A stretch of DNA of 64,000 nucleotides, taken from the NCBI GenBank assembly GCA_965242925.1, contig CBDEUM010000022.1:64001-128000 (forward strand). The letters are read 5' to 3'. A program made the translations under genes and the position numbers. Positions 38,983 to 48,822 of the stretch are shown here, piece after piece; the stretch's first letter is position 1; every line of letters begins with the position of its first letter. The notes under the pieces were generated by a model. That model was not told where the DNA came from and ran no database searches. It worked only from the letters and a program-made list of their open reading frames with translations. This stretch comes from Roseibacillus sp. (GTDB taxonomy: Bacteria; Verrucomicrobiota; Verrucomicrobiia; Verrucomicrobiales; Akkermansiaceae).

Positions 38983-41465
38983 TCTTTGCTGGAAGGCGAT
39001 GAGGCGTTCAGACTTGTGGGCAGCCGCCGTGTGGCAAACGGGTAACTCCCTGCAATTTCCCTTAGCATGGCACCCATCGGATAACCAGCGGGTTTCAACG
39101 TGGCCGCAATCGCGCGCACGGTCGCTTCATCATAATACTCCAGTTGACGGCCCAGCGCGTAAGCCAGCATCTTACGGATGACCTGGGTTCCCAGATCGTC
39201 GAGACGCCACTCCCGGAGCGCAATCTTCAAGCCTTCGGGACCACGGAACTTCGCGCCATTTGGCAGCGTTCCCCGGTTGTCCACCCCTGAGCGCCACTGC
39301 CCGAACTCCGCATAGTTCTCCAGGGCAAACCCCAGCGGGTCTATCCGGGAGTGACACCCAGCACAGCGGGCCGACCGGCGATGACCCTCCAGCTGCTGCC
39401 GCAGGTTGCGAACGCCCTCCCGGCCTCTCTCCTCCACATCAATCTCCGGCACGTCCGGCGGAGGCGGAGGCGGAGGCGTTCCCAGCAGGGTGGTGAGGAT
39501 CCATGTTCCCCGCACCACCGGACTGGTGCGATCAGGAAAGGAGGTGGCAGCCAGAACGCTGGCATGCCCCAGGACACCTCCACGACGGGAGGTCTCCAGT
39601 CGGACCCTCCGCATCGCTTCACCCTTTACGCCCGGGATGCGATAGAAACGCGCCAGTTCCTCATTGAGGAAGGTGTAATCAGTATCGATCAGACCCACCA
39701 CCGGGGCATTTTCCACAATGAGCGAGTGCACGAACCAGGCCGTCTCATCACGCATGGCTTTCATCAGGGATTCCGTGCACCAGGGATTGTCGATGGGATC
39801 CTTGCGGATGCGCGGACCGACATTGTGGGTCCCCAGCCACTCCCCCGCAAAAATCTCGCCAAGAGCCAGGCTGCGAGAATCCGCGAGCATGCGCACGACC
39901 TGCTCCTCGCGGCCGTCCCGGCGAACCAACTGCCCTGCCTCTGCCGCGGCCAACAGTGCCCCATCCGGCGTGGAGGCCCAGAGGAAGTACGACAGACGTG
40001 AGGCCAGATCGCGGGCCGACACCGTCCCATCCTCACCGGGTGGCCCCGCCTCTTCGACCCGCAGGAGAAAGCGGGGTGAGATGAGGACAAACTTGAACGC
40101 AGCCGCGAGGGCATCGTCCTCCGAACAACCCGCCCTTCGAGCCTGTTCGAATTGATCAACCACCTCGGTAAACTCCGCTTTGCCGGGCTCCCATCGGTAA
40201 GCCAGGCGCACGAACTTCCGGAGGGTCTCCTCACTATCGGCTCCGCCTCGCAGGGCAGCCCAGGCAGTGGGGTTTCCGCGCACCGCCTCAATGACCAGTT
40301 CCGCCGAGGTCAGGTAGCGATCAAGATGTGCGGTTGCCAGGAACAGGGTGTTGGTACTATTGGAGAATCCACTCGTCCCACTGAAGTCGGCCGGAAACTG
40401 GTCGGCGGGACGCAGGTCGAGGCCAACCAGATCGCGGATCGTCCGGTTGTATTCCTCCCGGGTGAGCCGCCGCGCCTGCAGGTATCCAGGATTGCGCACC
40501 TGATCGTATGGGAATTGCTCGATTTCCTGGCGCAGCCAGGCGCGCAGACGCAGCCTGTCCTCCCCGGACGGCTGCGGCTTCTTCCGAGGGGGCATGTCCC
40601 CGTTCCGGATTCGTTCCGCCACATTCTCCCAGAGCAGCCGGTTACGCACGAGCGGCTTCTGCGAGAGCGCCTTCTCCAGGTCGAGATCTCCCTTGGCACT
40701 GGCTGTGTCATGACAATCAAAACAGTAGGTCTCCAGGGTTGTGACCACGTGCTTGTCGAACTGGAACGTCACCCCTTCCAGCTCATCCGGACGCTCCTTC
40801 CCTTGCGCTGGAGGTGGCGTATAGATTGCCCCCCCCTGATCGGGCTCTCCTTCCGGGTCCGGATCCTCCCCCCCTTCTTCGAGCTCCCCGAGAAACTCCG
40901 CGATCATTTCATTAACCGCCCGGCGAGGGTTGGCGATGCGCCACTCCAGCTCCTCCGCAAGCTCTTCGGTCTGCTCCTCATCACCCTCTTCCCGGGCCCA
41001 TTCCAACTCCTGCTTCGTGATTTCGTTTACAATCTTCCAGCGCTCCTCCATGAGGGCACGCAAGGACTCCTCGGCTATCCCTTCGGTGATTTTTTTCTCT
41101 TCATACTTCCAGGCCAGATACTCAAGAGCTGCATCATTGGCCATTTCCCCCACCATCAGGCTGGCCCACTCAACACCGTCCTCCTTCGCTTCTTCCCACT
41201 CCTCACGCATTCGCTCCACGCGCCCGTAGGCTTCCTCCAGGACTTCCTCATATCCCTTTTCCCGGGCCTCCTCAATGACCTGCCATAATCGCCCGGCATG
41301 CGCCTTGAGAAACTTCTCGTCGTCCCCCGCAAGCTCCCCGGTTGCCCATTGCGCAGTTCCTGCCAGCACCCCAAGGAGCCCGGTCAGCAGAAAACGCAAG
41401 GAGGTCACGGAAAGAACCTGACGTCTTTTGGCTCCGAGAACAACGTCAAGAACAGGGGAAGCCAT
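38979..41465 (-). CDS. Planctomycete-type cytochrome c plus DUF1587/1592/1588/1585 domain protein
   Basis: YCFDCH, MPP, RRLTREEYNRTIRDL, LASRLSYFLW, RTSPVVRGTW, CAGCHSRIDPLGFALE and YALGR motifs; start position uncertain. Confidence 0.88.
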   Translation of the reverse strand: MASPVLDVVLGAKRRQVLSVTSLRFLLTGLLGVLAGTAQWATGELAGDDEKFLKAHAGRLWQVIEEAREKGYEEVLEEAYGRVERMREEWEEAKEDGVEWASLMVGEMANDAALEYLAWKYEEKKITEGIAEESLRALMEERWKIVNEITKQELEWAREEGDEEQTEELAEELEWRIANPRRAVNEMIAEFLGELEEGGEDPDPEGEPDQGGAIYTPPPAQGKERPDELEGVTFQFDKHVVTTLETYCFDCHDTASAKGDLDLEKALSQKPLVRNRLLWENVAERIRNGDMPPRKKPQPSGEDRLRLRAWLRQEIEQFPYDQVRNPGYLQARRLTREEYNRTIRDLVGLDLRPADQFPADFSGTSGFSNSTNTLFLATAHLDRYLTSAELVIEAVRGNPTAWAALRGGADSEETLRKFVRLAYRWEPGKAEFTEVVDQFEQARRAGCSEDDALAAAFKFVLISPRFLLRVEEAGPPGEDGTVSARDLASRLSYFLWASTPDGALLAAAEAGQLVRRDGREEQVVRMLADSRSLALGEIFAGEWLGTHNVGPRIRKDPIDNPWCTESLMKAMRDETAWFVHSLIVENAPVVGLIDTDYTFLNEELARFYRIPGVKGEAMRRVRLETSRRGGVLGHASVLAATSFPDRTSPVVRGTWILTTLLGTPPPPPPPDVPEIDVEERGREGVRNLRQQLEGHRRSARCAGCHSRIDPLGFALENYAEFGQWRSGVDNRGTLPNGAKFRGPEGLKIALREWRLDDLGTQVIRKMLAYALGRQLEYYDEATVRAIAATLKPAGYPMGAMLREIAGSYPFATRRLPTSLNASSPSSKE

Positions 41466-41545
41466 GCCTCGAACGGGTCCCACGCCGTAATATTGAAGAG
41501 GGCAGGTCCGCCTTTCCACCCATCCTCCCCGGTTTGAGAGAGTGC

Positions 41546-42967
41546 TTACCTCACCTTCCAGTTCGGGTCGGGCTCGTGAGCGACTTCCAACAGCTTGGCG
41601 GCATGTCTGGCGAGATCAGGGCGGCGCTCACTGAAGTCATCCTTCTCACCCGGATCATTCGACATGTCGTAGAGTTCGATCGTTCCGGTGAACATCGGCC
41701 TGCGAATGGCCTTCCACTTGCCGAAGCGCACGGCCTGGGCCGACCCGCGCTCGTAGAACTCCCAGTACATGCGGGACTTCCGGTTCCAACGCTTCTCGCG
41801 CGGTTGTCCGCGCAAGGATCCTGCAAAGCTGTCACTGTCAATGTTCCCCGGCGGCTCTACCCCTGCAAGTTCTGCTGCCGTCGCCATCAGATCCCCGAAA
41901 TACCAGTGGGCATCGTCCTCCGTTCCCGGTGCGATGGCGCCTGGCCACCAGGCGATGGTGGGCACCCGGATTCCCCCTTCGGTGAGATCCCGCTTCGTCC
42001 CACGCAAGGGGCCGTTCGAATCAAAAAAGTCGGCCTTGTGTCCACCTTCCTGATGCGGTCCGTTATCTGAGGTGAAGATCACGAGGGTGTCCTTCTCAAT
42101 TCCAAGTTCCGTCAGCAAATCCAGGACGCACCCGGTGTCGCGATCAATGTTCCGGATCATGGAGGCGAAGCCCTTTTCGGGCTCGGGCCAATCCTTATCC
42201 GCGAACTCTCCCAGGTCCGGCACTTCCATTCCCTTGTGGCCTGCCTCGTTGTTGGCATGCGGCACGTTCAGCGAAAAGAAGAGAAAAAACGGATGCCTGT
42301 GTTCGTCGCGAATGAATTTCTCCGCCTCGGCAATGAAGAGATCCGGGGCGTAGTCCACTCGCTTGACCGCCACCCCGCGGCCCGCCTGGGGCCGGCCCGG
42401 ATTCTGGAAGGCCTTCCACCGCGGGCTCACCTCGTTCCGCAGTTTCTGCACCTGGCCGTTTCGAATGAGGAACTCGGGGTAGAAGTTGTGAGCGTGCCAC
42501 ATGTCCACGTAGCCGAAAAAGTGATCGAATCCCACGTCGTTGGGATTACTCAACTTGTCCGGGGTCCCCAGTCCCCACTTCCCGATGCAGGCCGTCCTGT
42601 AGCCCGCCTTCTTCAGGAGCGAGGCCACGGTGGGATGCTTGGGCCGGAGAACAATCGGCTTGGTCGAATTGCCCCGCACGACAGTCCGCCCCATATGGCG
42701 GCCGGTCATGAGAACGCTTCGCGAGGGGGCGCAAACGGTGCACCCGGCGTAGAACTGCGTAAAGCGCATGCCCTGCGCTGCCATTGCATCCAGTCGCGGT
42801 GTCTCCAGGATCTTCTGGCCAAAGCACCCGAGGTCACCGTAGCCGAGATCATCGGCCAGGATGAAGACGATATTCGGAGGGCGGTACTCCCCAATCGCCC
42901 GGGCCTTAACCAGACAAGTCGCGGCGATGGCCGCGACGACAAGAACAAAAGGGTGCAATGGACTCAC
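41546..42967 (-). CDS. Arylsulfatase (formylglycine-dependent S1 sulfatase)
   Basis: PNIVFILADDLGYGD, CAPSRSVLMTG, GKWGLG, FTSDNG and EGGIRVP; signal peptide. Confidence 0.93.
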   Translation of the reverse strand: MSPLHPFVLVVAAIAATCLVKARAIGEYRPPNIVFILADDLGYGDLGCFGQKILETPRLDAMAAQGMRFTQFYAGCTVCAPSRSVLMTGRHMGRTVVRGNSTKPIVLRPKHPTVASLLKKAGYRTACIGKWGLGTPDKLSNPNDVGFDHFFGYVDMWHAHNFYPEFLIRNGQVQKLRNEVSPRWKAFQNPGRPQAGRGVAVKRVDYAPDLFIAEAEKFIRDEHRHPFFLFFSLNVPHANNEAGHKGMEVPDLGEFADKDWPEPEKGFASMIRNIDRDTGCVLDLLTELGIEKDTLVIFTSDNGPHQEGGHKADFFDSNGPLRGTKRDLTEGGIRVPTIAWWPGAIAPGTEDDAHWYFGDLMATAAELAGVEPPGNIDSDSFAGSLRGQPREKRWNRKSRMYWEFYERGSAQAVRFGKWKAIRRPMFTGTIELYDMSNDPGEKDDFSERRPDLARHAAKLLEVAHEPDPNWKVR

Positions 42968-43169
42968 CCATGCAATCCTTCAGCCCCTCCCGGTGAAGGC
43001 AAGCAAAAGGAGAGTCCCGGCAGGATGATGGAATATCCTCCGGATGCCGGGCATACCTCCTCTTCCACGCACTCCCTTGAGCGTGGCATCAAGGAAAGTT
43101 TCATCCATCGCCCAACCCTCTCACTGACAAGTTGCCAAATCGTCAGAATCACTCACACTGCCTGCCATC

Positions 43170-44480
43170 ATGACACCTCGCCTCACTCTCCCGACCCTCT
43201 CCCTCTTCCTTGGCCTGAGTATCCTCGCGGACGCCAGGGATCTTCCAGCCGTCAACTATGTGAAGTTCGCTACCGAATTTGTCTCGCCTCTCTCCATGAT
43301 TCCATACGGAAAGGGGGACCAAGCCTATCTGATAGTGGACCAGGCGGGCGTCATTCACTTCCTCGACGAGAAGGGCGGCAAGCCCGGCAGGGCGTTCCTC
43401 GATTTGCGCAAGTCCATCGTGACCCTGAAGAAGGGCTTTGATGAACGCGGCTCCCTGGGAGTAGCCCTTCACCCGAAGTTCGCCTCCAACAAGAAGGTCT
43501 ACGTCTACTACAGCGCCCCGCTCGCCGGGAAAGGCAGGAAGGGATTTGACCACACCGCCCACCTCTCCGAGTTCAAGGTGAAGTCTGACGGCACTGCGGA
43601 CACCACCAGCGAGCAGGTCCTTTTCACCGTCGATCAACCGCAGTGGAACCACGATGGCGGGAACCTCGTCTTCGGAAAGGACGGCTACCTCTACCTCGGT
43701 CTCGGAGATGGCGGCAATGCCAATGACCTGGATTCCAAGGGCAAGCCAGACGGTGGACACGAGAAGGGCGGTAACGGACAATCCCTCCGCCGGCACCTTG
43801 GCAAGATCCTGCGCTTTGACGTTGACTCGGGCGATCCCTACGCCATTCCCGAGGGCAATCCCTTCAAGAGCAGGGACGGTGGACTGAAGGAAATATATGC
43901 CTGGGGCATCCGCAACCCCTGGGGCATCACGGTGGATTCCAAGAACGGGGACATCATCGTGGCCGACGTGGGCCAGAACCGCTTTGAGGAGATCAATCTG
44001 CTTTCCGCCGGCAACTTCGGTTGGCCCCGCTATGAGGGATACGCTGCCTTCGACCAGCAGAAACCAAGTGAACCCGCCACCTTGAAGGTTACGGCCGCAC
44101 CCAAGGGCTATATCGCTCCGATTATCGCCTACCCACATCACGACGGCTTCGGAAAAGCTCCCGGCTACGGAATCAGTGTGACCGGTGGCCATGTCTACCG
44201 TGGCAAAGCCATCCCCGGGCTCGACGGGGTCTATCTCTTCGCTGACTGGGCCCAGAGCTGGGCCGGCAGCAAGTATGGACTCTACGGTGGTATTCGCCAA
44301 ACCAAGACGACCTGGTCCATGCAGGTCCTCCCCGGAGCCAAGACGCCGGCGGGTCCGATCTCACGCATGATCGTGGGTTTCGGATATGACCACGACGGTG
44401 AGGTCTACGTCCTCACCAACACCGGCAAGGGCCCTTCCGGAAAGAACGGCGAGATCTGGAAAATCGTGCCGGGGAAGTAA
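43170..44480 (+). CDS. PQQ-dependent glucose/sorbosone dehydrogenase (GSDH) family beta-propeller
   Basis: ERGSLGVALHP, NHDGGNLVFG, LGDGG, GKILR, AWGIRNPW, DVGQ..EEIN and SVTGG.VYRG motifs; signal peptide. Confidence 0.88.
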   Translation: MTPRLTLPTLSLFLGLSILADARDLPAVNYVKFATEFVSPLSMIPYGKGDQAYLIVDQAGVIHFLDEKGGKPGRAFLDLRKSIVTLKKGFDERGSLGVALHPKFASNKKVYVYYSAPLAGKGRKGFDHTAHLSEFKVKSDGTADTTSEQVLFTVDQPQWNHDGGNLVFGKDGYLYLGLGDGGNANDLDSKGKPDGGHEKGGNGQSLRRHLGKILRFDVDSGDPYAIPEGNPFKSRDGGLKEIYAWGIRNPWGITVDSKNGDIIVADVGQNRFEEINLLSAGNFGWPRYEGYAAFDQQKPSEPATLKVTAAPKGYIAPIIAYPHHDGFGKAPGYGISVTGGHVYRGKAIPGLDGVYLFADWAQSWAGSKYGLYGGIRQTKTTWSMQVLPGAKTPAGPISRMIVGFGYDHDGEVYVLTNTGKGPSGKNGEIWKIVPGK

Positions 44481-44621
44481 AGCGAGATCCTTCAGTCACG
44501 GCCCGGCAGCAGAAACACCGGATCTCAATTGAGGGAATATCGCATGCCATCGCAGAATCTCCAGAAGGTTCTTCTTTCCCCCGATATGACCCGACGTTAG
44601 GGTCCAACGATTTCCGGTTTC

Positions 44622-47510
44622 ATGCAAAGCAACTTTCTTCCTATCACAGCCTTCGTCCTCTTTGCCGCTTTGGGACCCGGCAAGGGCCAGGCTGCCGAAA
44701 AAGCCGAAGCGGTGTTCCCACAGTCCGCGACTTATTTCAGCGAAGACTTCGACTCCCTTGCCACCAAGCCGGGCCTGCTCCCGTTTCCCTCCGAACCCAA
44801 CGGAGATGGAACGGACTGGATCGACCTGCCCACCGCCCAGGCAGGCAAATCCCTGGCCGGATGGACGATGACCAGAAACACCGATCACGGAAAGGGCGGG
44901 GTGATCGAATGGTCGGGGTGGACCTTTGCCACCCCTGCCGCCTGGGCGGCGGCTGCCCCCGACCAGGACCGGGACAAGTTTGCGCTCGGAACGAATGTGA
45001 TCGCGGTGGCAGACAGTGACGAGTTTGACGATGTGGCGGGTGGGCGCCCGTTTGACGCAACCTTGAGCACGCCATCGATTGATATTTCAGGTGCAACTGC
45101 CGGCAGCCTCACCCTCAAGTTTGACTCCGGATGGCGGACTGTAGCCCAGGTGGGCACCATCACGGTATCCTACGACGGGGCAGAGGCAATCGAGGTGCTT
45201 CGTTTGGACGCCGAGGGCAACGCGAAGGCCTACAGCGAAACGGTCCGGGTGCCGCTGCGCAACCCGCCCGGAGCGAAGAAGATGAAAATCTCGTGGAGGA
45301 AAGTGGGCACCAACGACTGGTGGTGGGTCATCGACAACATTGAAGTGAATGACCAGCAACCTGCCACCTTCTCGGTGCAACCCCGGGTTGCCTTTCCAGC
45401 TCCGGATTCTGCAACCATCTCCTGGCAGGCTACCGCACAGCGGGCCGTTCTCTACTACGGTGAGGGGAAGGAAAAGACCCTCAAGGAGAAGCGGGAACTG
45501 CAGGTTCAGGACGGCCGCTTTGAGGCAACCCTGACCGGACTGGAGGCGGCAACCACCTACCGCTATCGCATCGCGCTCCTGGAAAACGGCAAGCCCCGCC
45601 TCAGCGAGATGTTCGATTTCGATACTCGTTTCAATCTCTCCCCCGCTCCAGTGGTCGCTCCGGCTGATCTCTCCTCCGATATCCGCACGGTTTGCGACAT
45701 AGCTCTCGAGGTGGCCGCCGAGCAAAATGGCTACCTCCTGATCCTCGGACTCGAGGATGGAACGCTCGCCGCTGCCCTGGCCGCCAAATCGCGCTTCCAC
45801 ATCGTCGCGGCCGACTCCGATCCCACCGTCCTCGCCGCTGTCCGCAAAACCCTTCACGCCGCGGGCATACTGGGTCACCGCGTATCGGTCGTGTCCCTGG
45901 GCAATCCCGAACGCACCTCCTGGACCGACGGATTCGCCGACCTGATTCTCTCCGAGAAGAATTCGCCACCTGTATCCGACGAGGAATGCCTGCGCCTCCT
46001 GCGTCCCGATGGCGGAGCGCTTCTTCTGGCCTCTCCACGCAACAGTTCCACCTTTCAAAAGGCGGAAGGACGGTGGGAAAAAGCGGGTGCGCTTGCCATC
46101 TTCCGCCGCAGGGAACTTGATGGGGCGAAGGACTGGACCCATCAGTATGGCACCGCCGGCAACGCAGCCTACACCGGGGAGGCCCTCGGAGATGTGAGCG
46201 CTACTTCCGGCATGGCTGTCCAGTGGATCGGGCGTCCAGGCGGTGACTTTGGCATCGATCGCCAACCGCGCATGCCCGCTCCCCTTGCCGCCAAGGGCCG
46301 ACTCTTCCACCAGGGCATGAACCGCCTTGTGGCCCTCAATGCCTTCAACGGAGCAGTGCTCTGGTCCTACGAAATCCCATCCCTGCGCCGCCTGAATGTG
46401 GCCCACGACTGCTCCAACTGGTGTGTCGACGACGGGCATGTCTATCTCGCCATCCGCGACCGACTCTGGATGCTCGATGCAAAGACCGGAGAACTGCGTC
46501 ACGCCCTGCTGCTGCCCGCCAAGGAACGCAAATCCCATGATTGGGGCTTCGTGGCACAGGAGGATGATCTCATCGTGGGGTCTGCCGTCCGGGCAAACTC
46601 AGCCTATCGCAAATTCTGGGGTGGTGAGGCCTGGTACGACAAGGTCGGTGTGGCCGTTACGCAGGTGTGCAGCAACCGCCTCTTCGGCTACCGCAAATCC
46701 ACCGCCAAGGGCATCTGGGCCTACGGCCGCGGATTGATCCTGAATCCCACCCTGTCTCTCCATGACGGCAAGATCTACTTCCTTGAGAACCGATCCCTGA
46801 AACTACCGGCCGAATCCAACTCACGAGTCTCCGACCGCAAGCTCTGGCTCGATCTGACTGCGGTGTGCCTTGATGCAAAGACCGGCAAGGTCATCTGGGA
46901 AAAACCCGGCCCAGAACCAGCCCACCTCACCGAGAAGGTCGGATTCATCCAAGCCGCCTATGGCATCGCCACTGCTCACGGTTACCTTGCGGTATTATCG
47001 GAGGGAACAGTCAACGAGAGCGGCGCCTACCAGAAGAAGGGCGCTTTCCGCTGCACCAGCTACCAAAAAGACGGAGACGTGAAGTGGACAACGGAAAGTC
47101 CCTGGAGTGCCGACCACCACGGAACTCACATCACTCACCCCGTCGTCACCGAGGACCGTCTCTACTTCTCGCCGCAGATCCACGATCTCAAGACGGGGCA
47201 GCCTCTCGGCAAGGCCTACGGTCCGCGTCGCGGTTGCTCGACCGTGGTCGCCACCAAGAACGCCCTCATGTTCCGCATTCTCGGCGAGGGAAGCTCACCG
47301 CTGGGCCTCTGGAATAAGGATACGGGATCGGTATCGCGCTTCATGCGTCTCAGACCCAGTTGCTGGCTCAACACCATCCCTACTCAGGGCATGCTTCTTA
47401 TCCCCGAGGGTGGCGCAGGATGTTCCTGCGGAGGTTGGATGGAAACCTCCATCGGGCTGATTCCCCGCCGACCGGTCAGCTCCCCGCTCCCATCCCCAAG
47501 CTCCAAATAA
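44622..47510 (+). CDS. Secreted multidomain protein: jelly-roll-like domain, FN3, methyltransferase-like domain and PQQ-like beta-propeller
   Basis: FSEDFD...WWWVIDNIEV; LTGLEAATTYRYRI; ADLILS..RLLRPDGG; WTHQYG; ALNAFNGAVLW; C-terminal RPSCW and GCSC. Confidence 0.75.
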   Translation: MQSNFLPITAFVLFAALGPGKGQAAEKAEAVFPQSATYFSEDFDSLATKPGLLPFPSEPNGDGTDWIDLPTAQAGKSLAGWTMTRNTDHGKGGVIEWSGWTFATPAAWAAAAPDQDRDKFALGTNVIAVADSDEFDDVAGGRPFDATLSTPSIDISGATAGSLTLKFDSGWRTVAQVGTITVSYDGAEAIEVLRLDAEGNAKAYSETVRVPLRNPPGAKKMKISWRKVGTNDWWWVIDNIEVNDQQPATFSVQPRVAFPAPDSATISWQATAQRAVLYYGEGKEKTLKEKRELQVQDGRFEATLTGLEAATTYRYRIALLENGKPRLSEMFDFDTRFNLSPAPVVAPADLSSDIRTVCDIALEVAAEQNGYLLILGLEDGTLAAALAAKSRFHIVAADSDPTVLAAVRKTLHAAGILGHRVSVVSLGNPERTSWTDGFADLILSEKNSPPVSDEECLRLLRPDGGALLLASPRNSSTFQKAEGRWEKAGALAIFRRRELDGAKDWTHQYGTAGNAAYTGEALGDVSATSGMAVQWIGRPGGDFGIDRQPRMPAPLAAKGRLFHQGMNRLVALNAFNGAVLWSYEIPSLRRLNVAHDCSNWCVDDGHVYLAIRDRLWMLDAKTGELRHALLLPAKERKSHDWGFVAQEDDLIVGSAVRANSAYRKFWGGEAWYDKVGVAVTQVCSNRLFGYRKSTAKGIWAYGRGLILNPTLSLHDGKIYFLENRSLKLPAESNSRVSDRKLWLDLTAVCLDAKTGKVIWEKPGPEPAHLTEKVGFIQAAYGIATAHGYLAVLSEGTVNESGAYQKKGAFRCTSYQKDGDVKWTTESPWSADHHGTHITHPVVTEDRLYFSPQIHDLKTGQPLGKAYGPRRGCSTVVATKNALMFRILGEGSSPLGLWNKDTGSVSRFMRLRPSCWLNTIPTQGMLLIPEGGAGCSCGGWMETSIGLIPRRPVSSPLPSPSSK

Positions 47511-47517
47511 TCCCGGC

Positions 47518-48801
47518 ATGACACACCCGACTCCCAAACTTCCAGGCAGGATCTCCCTCCAGAATAATCGGAGGTTGAATTCTCTCTGGAGCCTGTGGAT
47601 TGGCGCTTTGCTCCTCCCCACCACGCTCCCCGCCGAGGACTGGCCCACCTACCGTCACGACTCACGGCGTAGTGGCGTAACCGAGGAAGCTCTGACCTTT
47701 CCGCTCAAGCCGGCCTGGCAACACCGGGGCGGCACCCCGCGACAGGCCTGGAGCGGACCAGCCAAGTGGGATGCCTTCTCCGCCAACACCGGCCTGCAGT
47801 CCCTGCGGAACTTCGACCCCTGCTACTTTGTCACGGTGGCGGGCGGACTGGTCTACTACGGATCTTCCCATGACAACGCCATCCATGCCCTCGACATTGC
47901 CACCGGCAGGGAGAGCTGGGTCTACTTTGCCGAGGCACCGGTACGCCTTCCCCCCACCATCCACGACGGCCGTGCCTTCGCCGGTTCCGATGACGGCTTT
48001 CTCTACGCCCTTGAGGCCAGGGAAGGAAAACTCCTCTGGAAGGACCAGGGAGCCCCGGAAGATCGTCGAATCCCCAGCAACGCCAGCATGATTTCGCTCT
48101 GGCCCATTCGCACCGCTCCCCTCGTCGTCAACAATGCCCTCTTTTATACCGCTTCCCTCACCCCCTGGGAATCCAGTTGGCTCATCTCCCTGGACCCGGC
48201 AACAGGCAAACGACGCTTTGCCCAGGAGGCCGCCGACGTGACGTTCCAGGGTGCGCTCCTCGCCACCGTGAACACCCTCATTGCCCCGCAGGGACGTTCC
48301 GCCCCCCTCCTCTATGACATCGCGACCGGCCGATCGACCGGGACGATCGGACACGGCGGCGGCGTCTTCTGCCTGGTCACTGAAGACAACGAACTGATCT
48401 CCGGTCCCAAGTCACAGAAGGCAAAAGACAACCAGCTCTTTCTGACCAATGCGGAGGGGGCCCGCATTGCCACCTTCAATGATACCACGCGAGCGGTGAT
48501 CGCGGAGGGAGTGGCCTATCACCACACTCGCGGTGTGCTCAAGGCTCTCGCCCTGGACGCCGGAAACAAGGAGGTCTCCCAGTGGAACGTGGAAGCCCCC
48601 GCGCCCAACGAGTTGATCACATGCGCCAATGCCGTATTGCTCGGACACTCCTCCGAAGTCCACGCTTACTCGCGAAAGGACGGATCCCTTCTCTGGAAAA
48701 CTGTCATTCCTGGAGGAGGACTGGTCCACGGACTCGCCATCTCCAACCGGATGCTATTTGTTTCCGACAGCCTTGGTGGAATCCACGCCTTTCGTCCTTG
48801 A
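47518..48801 (+). CDS. PQQ-like (BamB-type) beta-propeller protein
   Basis: EDWPTYRHDSRRSG, ALDIATGRESW, GSDDGFLYALEAREGKLLW and SLWPIR motifs. Confidence 0.8.
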   Translation: MTHPTPKLPGRISLQNNRRLNSLWSLWIGALLLPTTLPAEDWPTYRHDSRRSGVTEEALTFPLKPAWQHRGGTPRQAWSGPAKWDAFSANTGLQSLRNFDPCYFVTVAGGLVYYGSSHDNAIHALDIATGRESWVYFAEAPVRLPPTIHDGRAFAGSDDGFLYALEAREGKLLWKDQGAPEDRRIPSNASMISLWPIRTAPLVVNNALFYTASLTPWESSWLISLDPATGKRRFAQEAADVTFQGALLATVNTLIAPQGRSAPLLYDIATGRSTGTIGHGGGVFCLVTEDNELISGPKSQKAKDNQLFLTNAEGARIATFNDTTRAVIAEGVAYHHTRGVLKALALDAGNKEVSQWNVEAPAPNELITCANAVLLGHSSEVHAYSRKDGSLLWKTVIPGGGLVHGLAISNRMLFVSDSLGGIHAFRP

Positions 48802-48822
48802 GGACAACAGCCTTCCCTCAAC

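Noticed and set aside
39457..39478. GGCGGA tandem repeat
   Set aside because: It encodes the poly-Pro linker (PPPPPP) typical of DUF1588-region proteins; not a CRISPR or contingency repeat.
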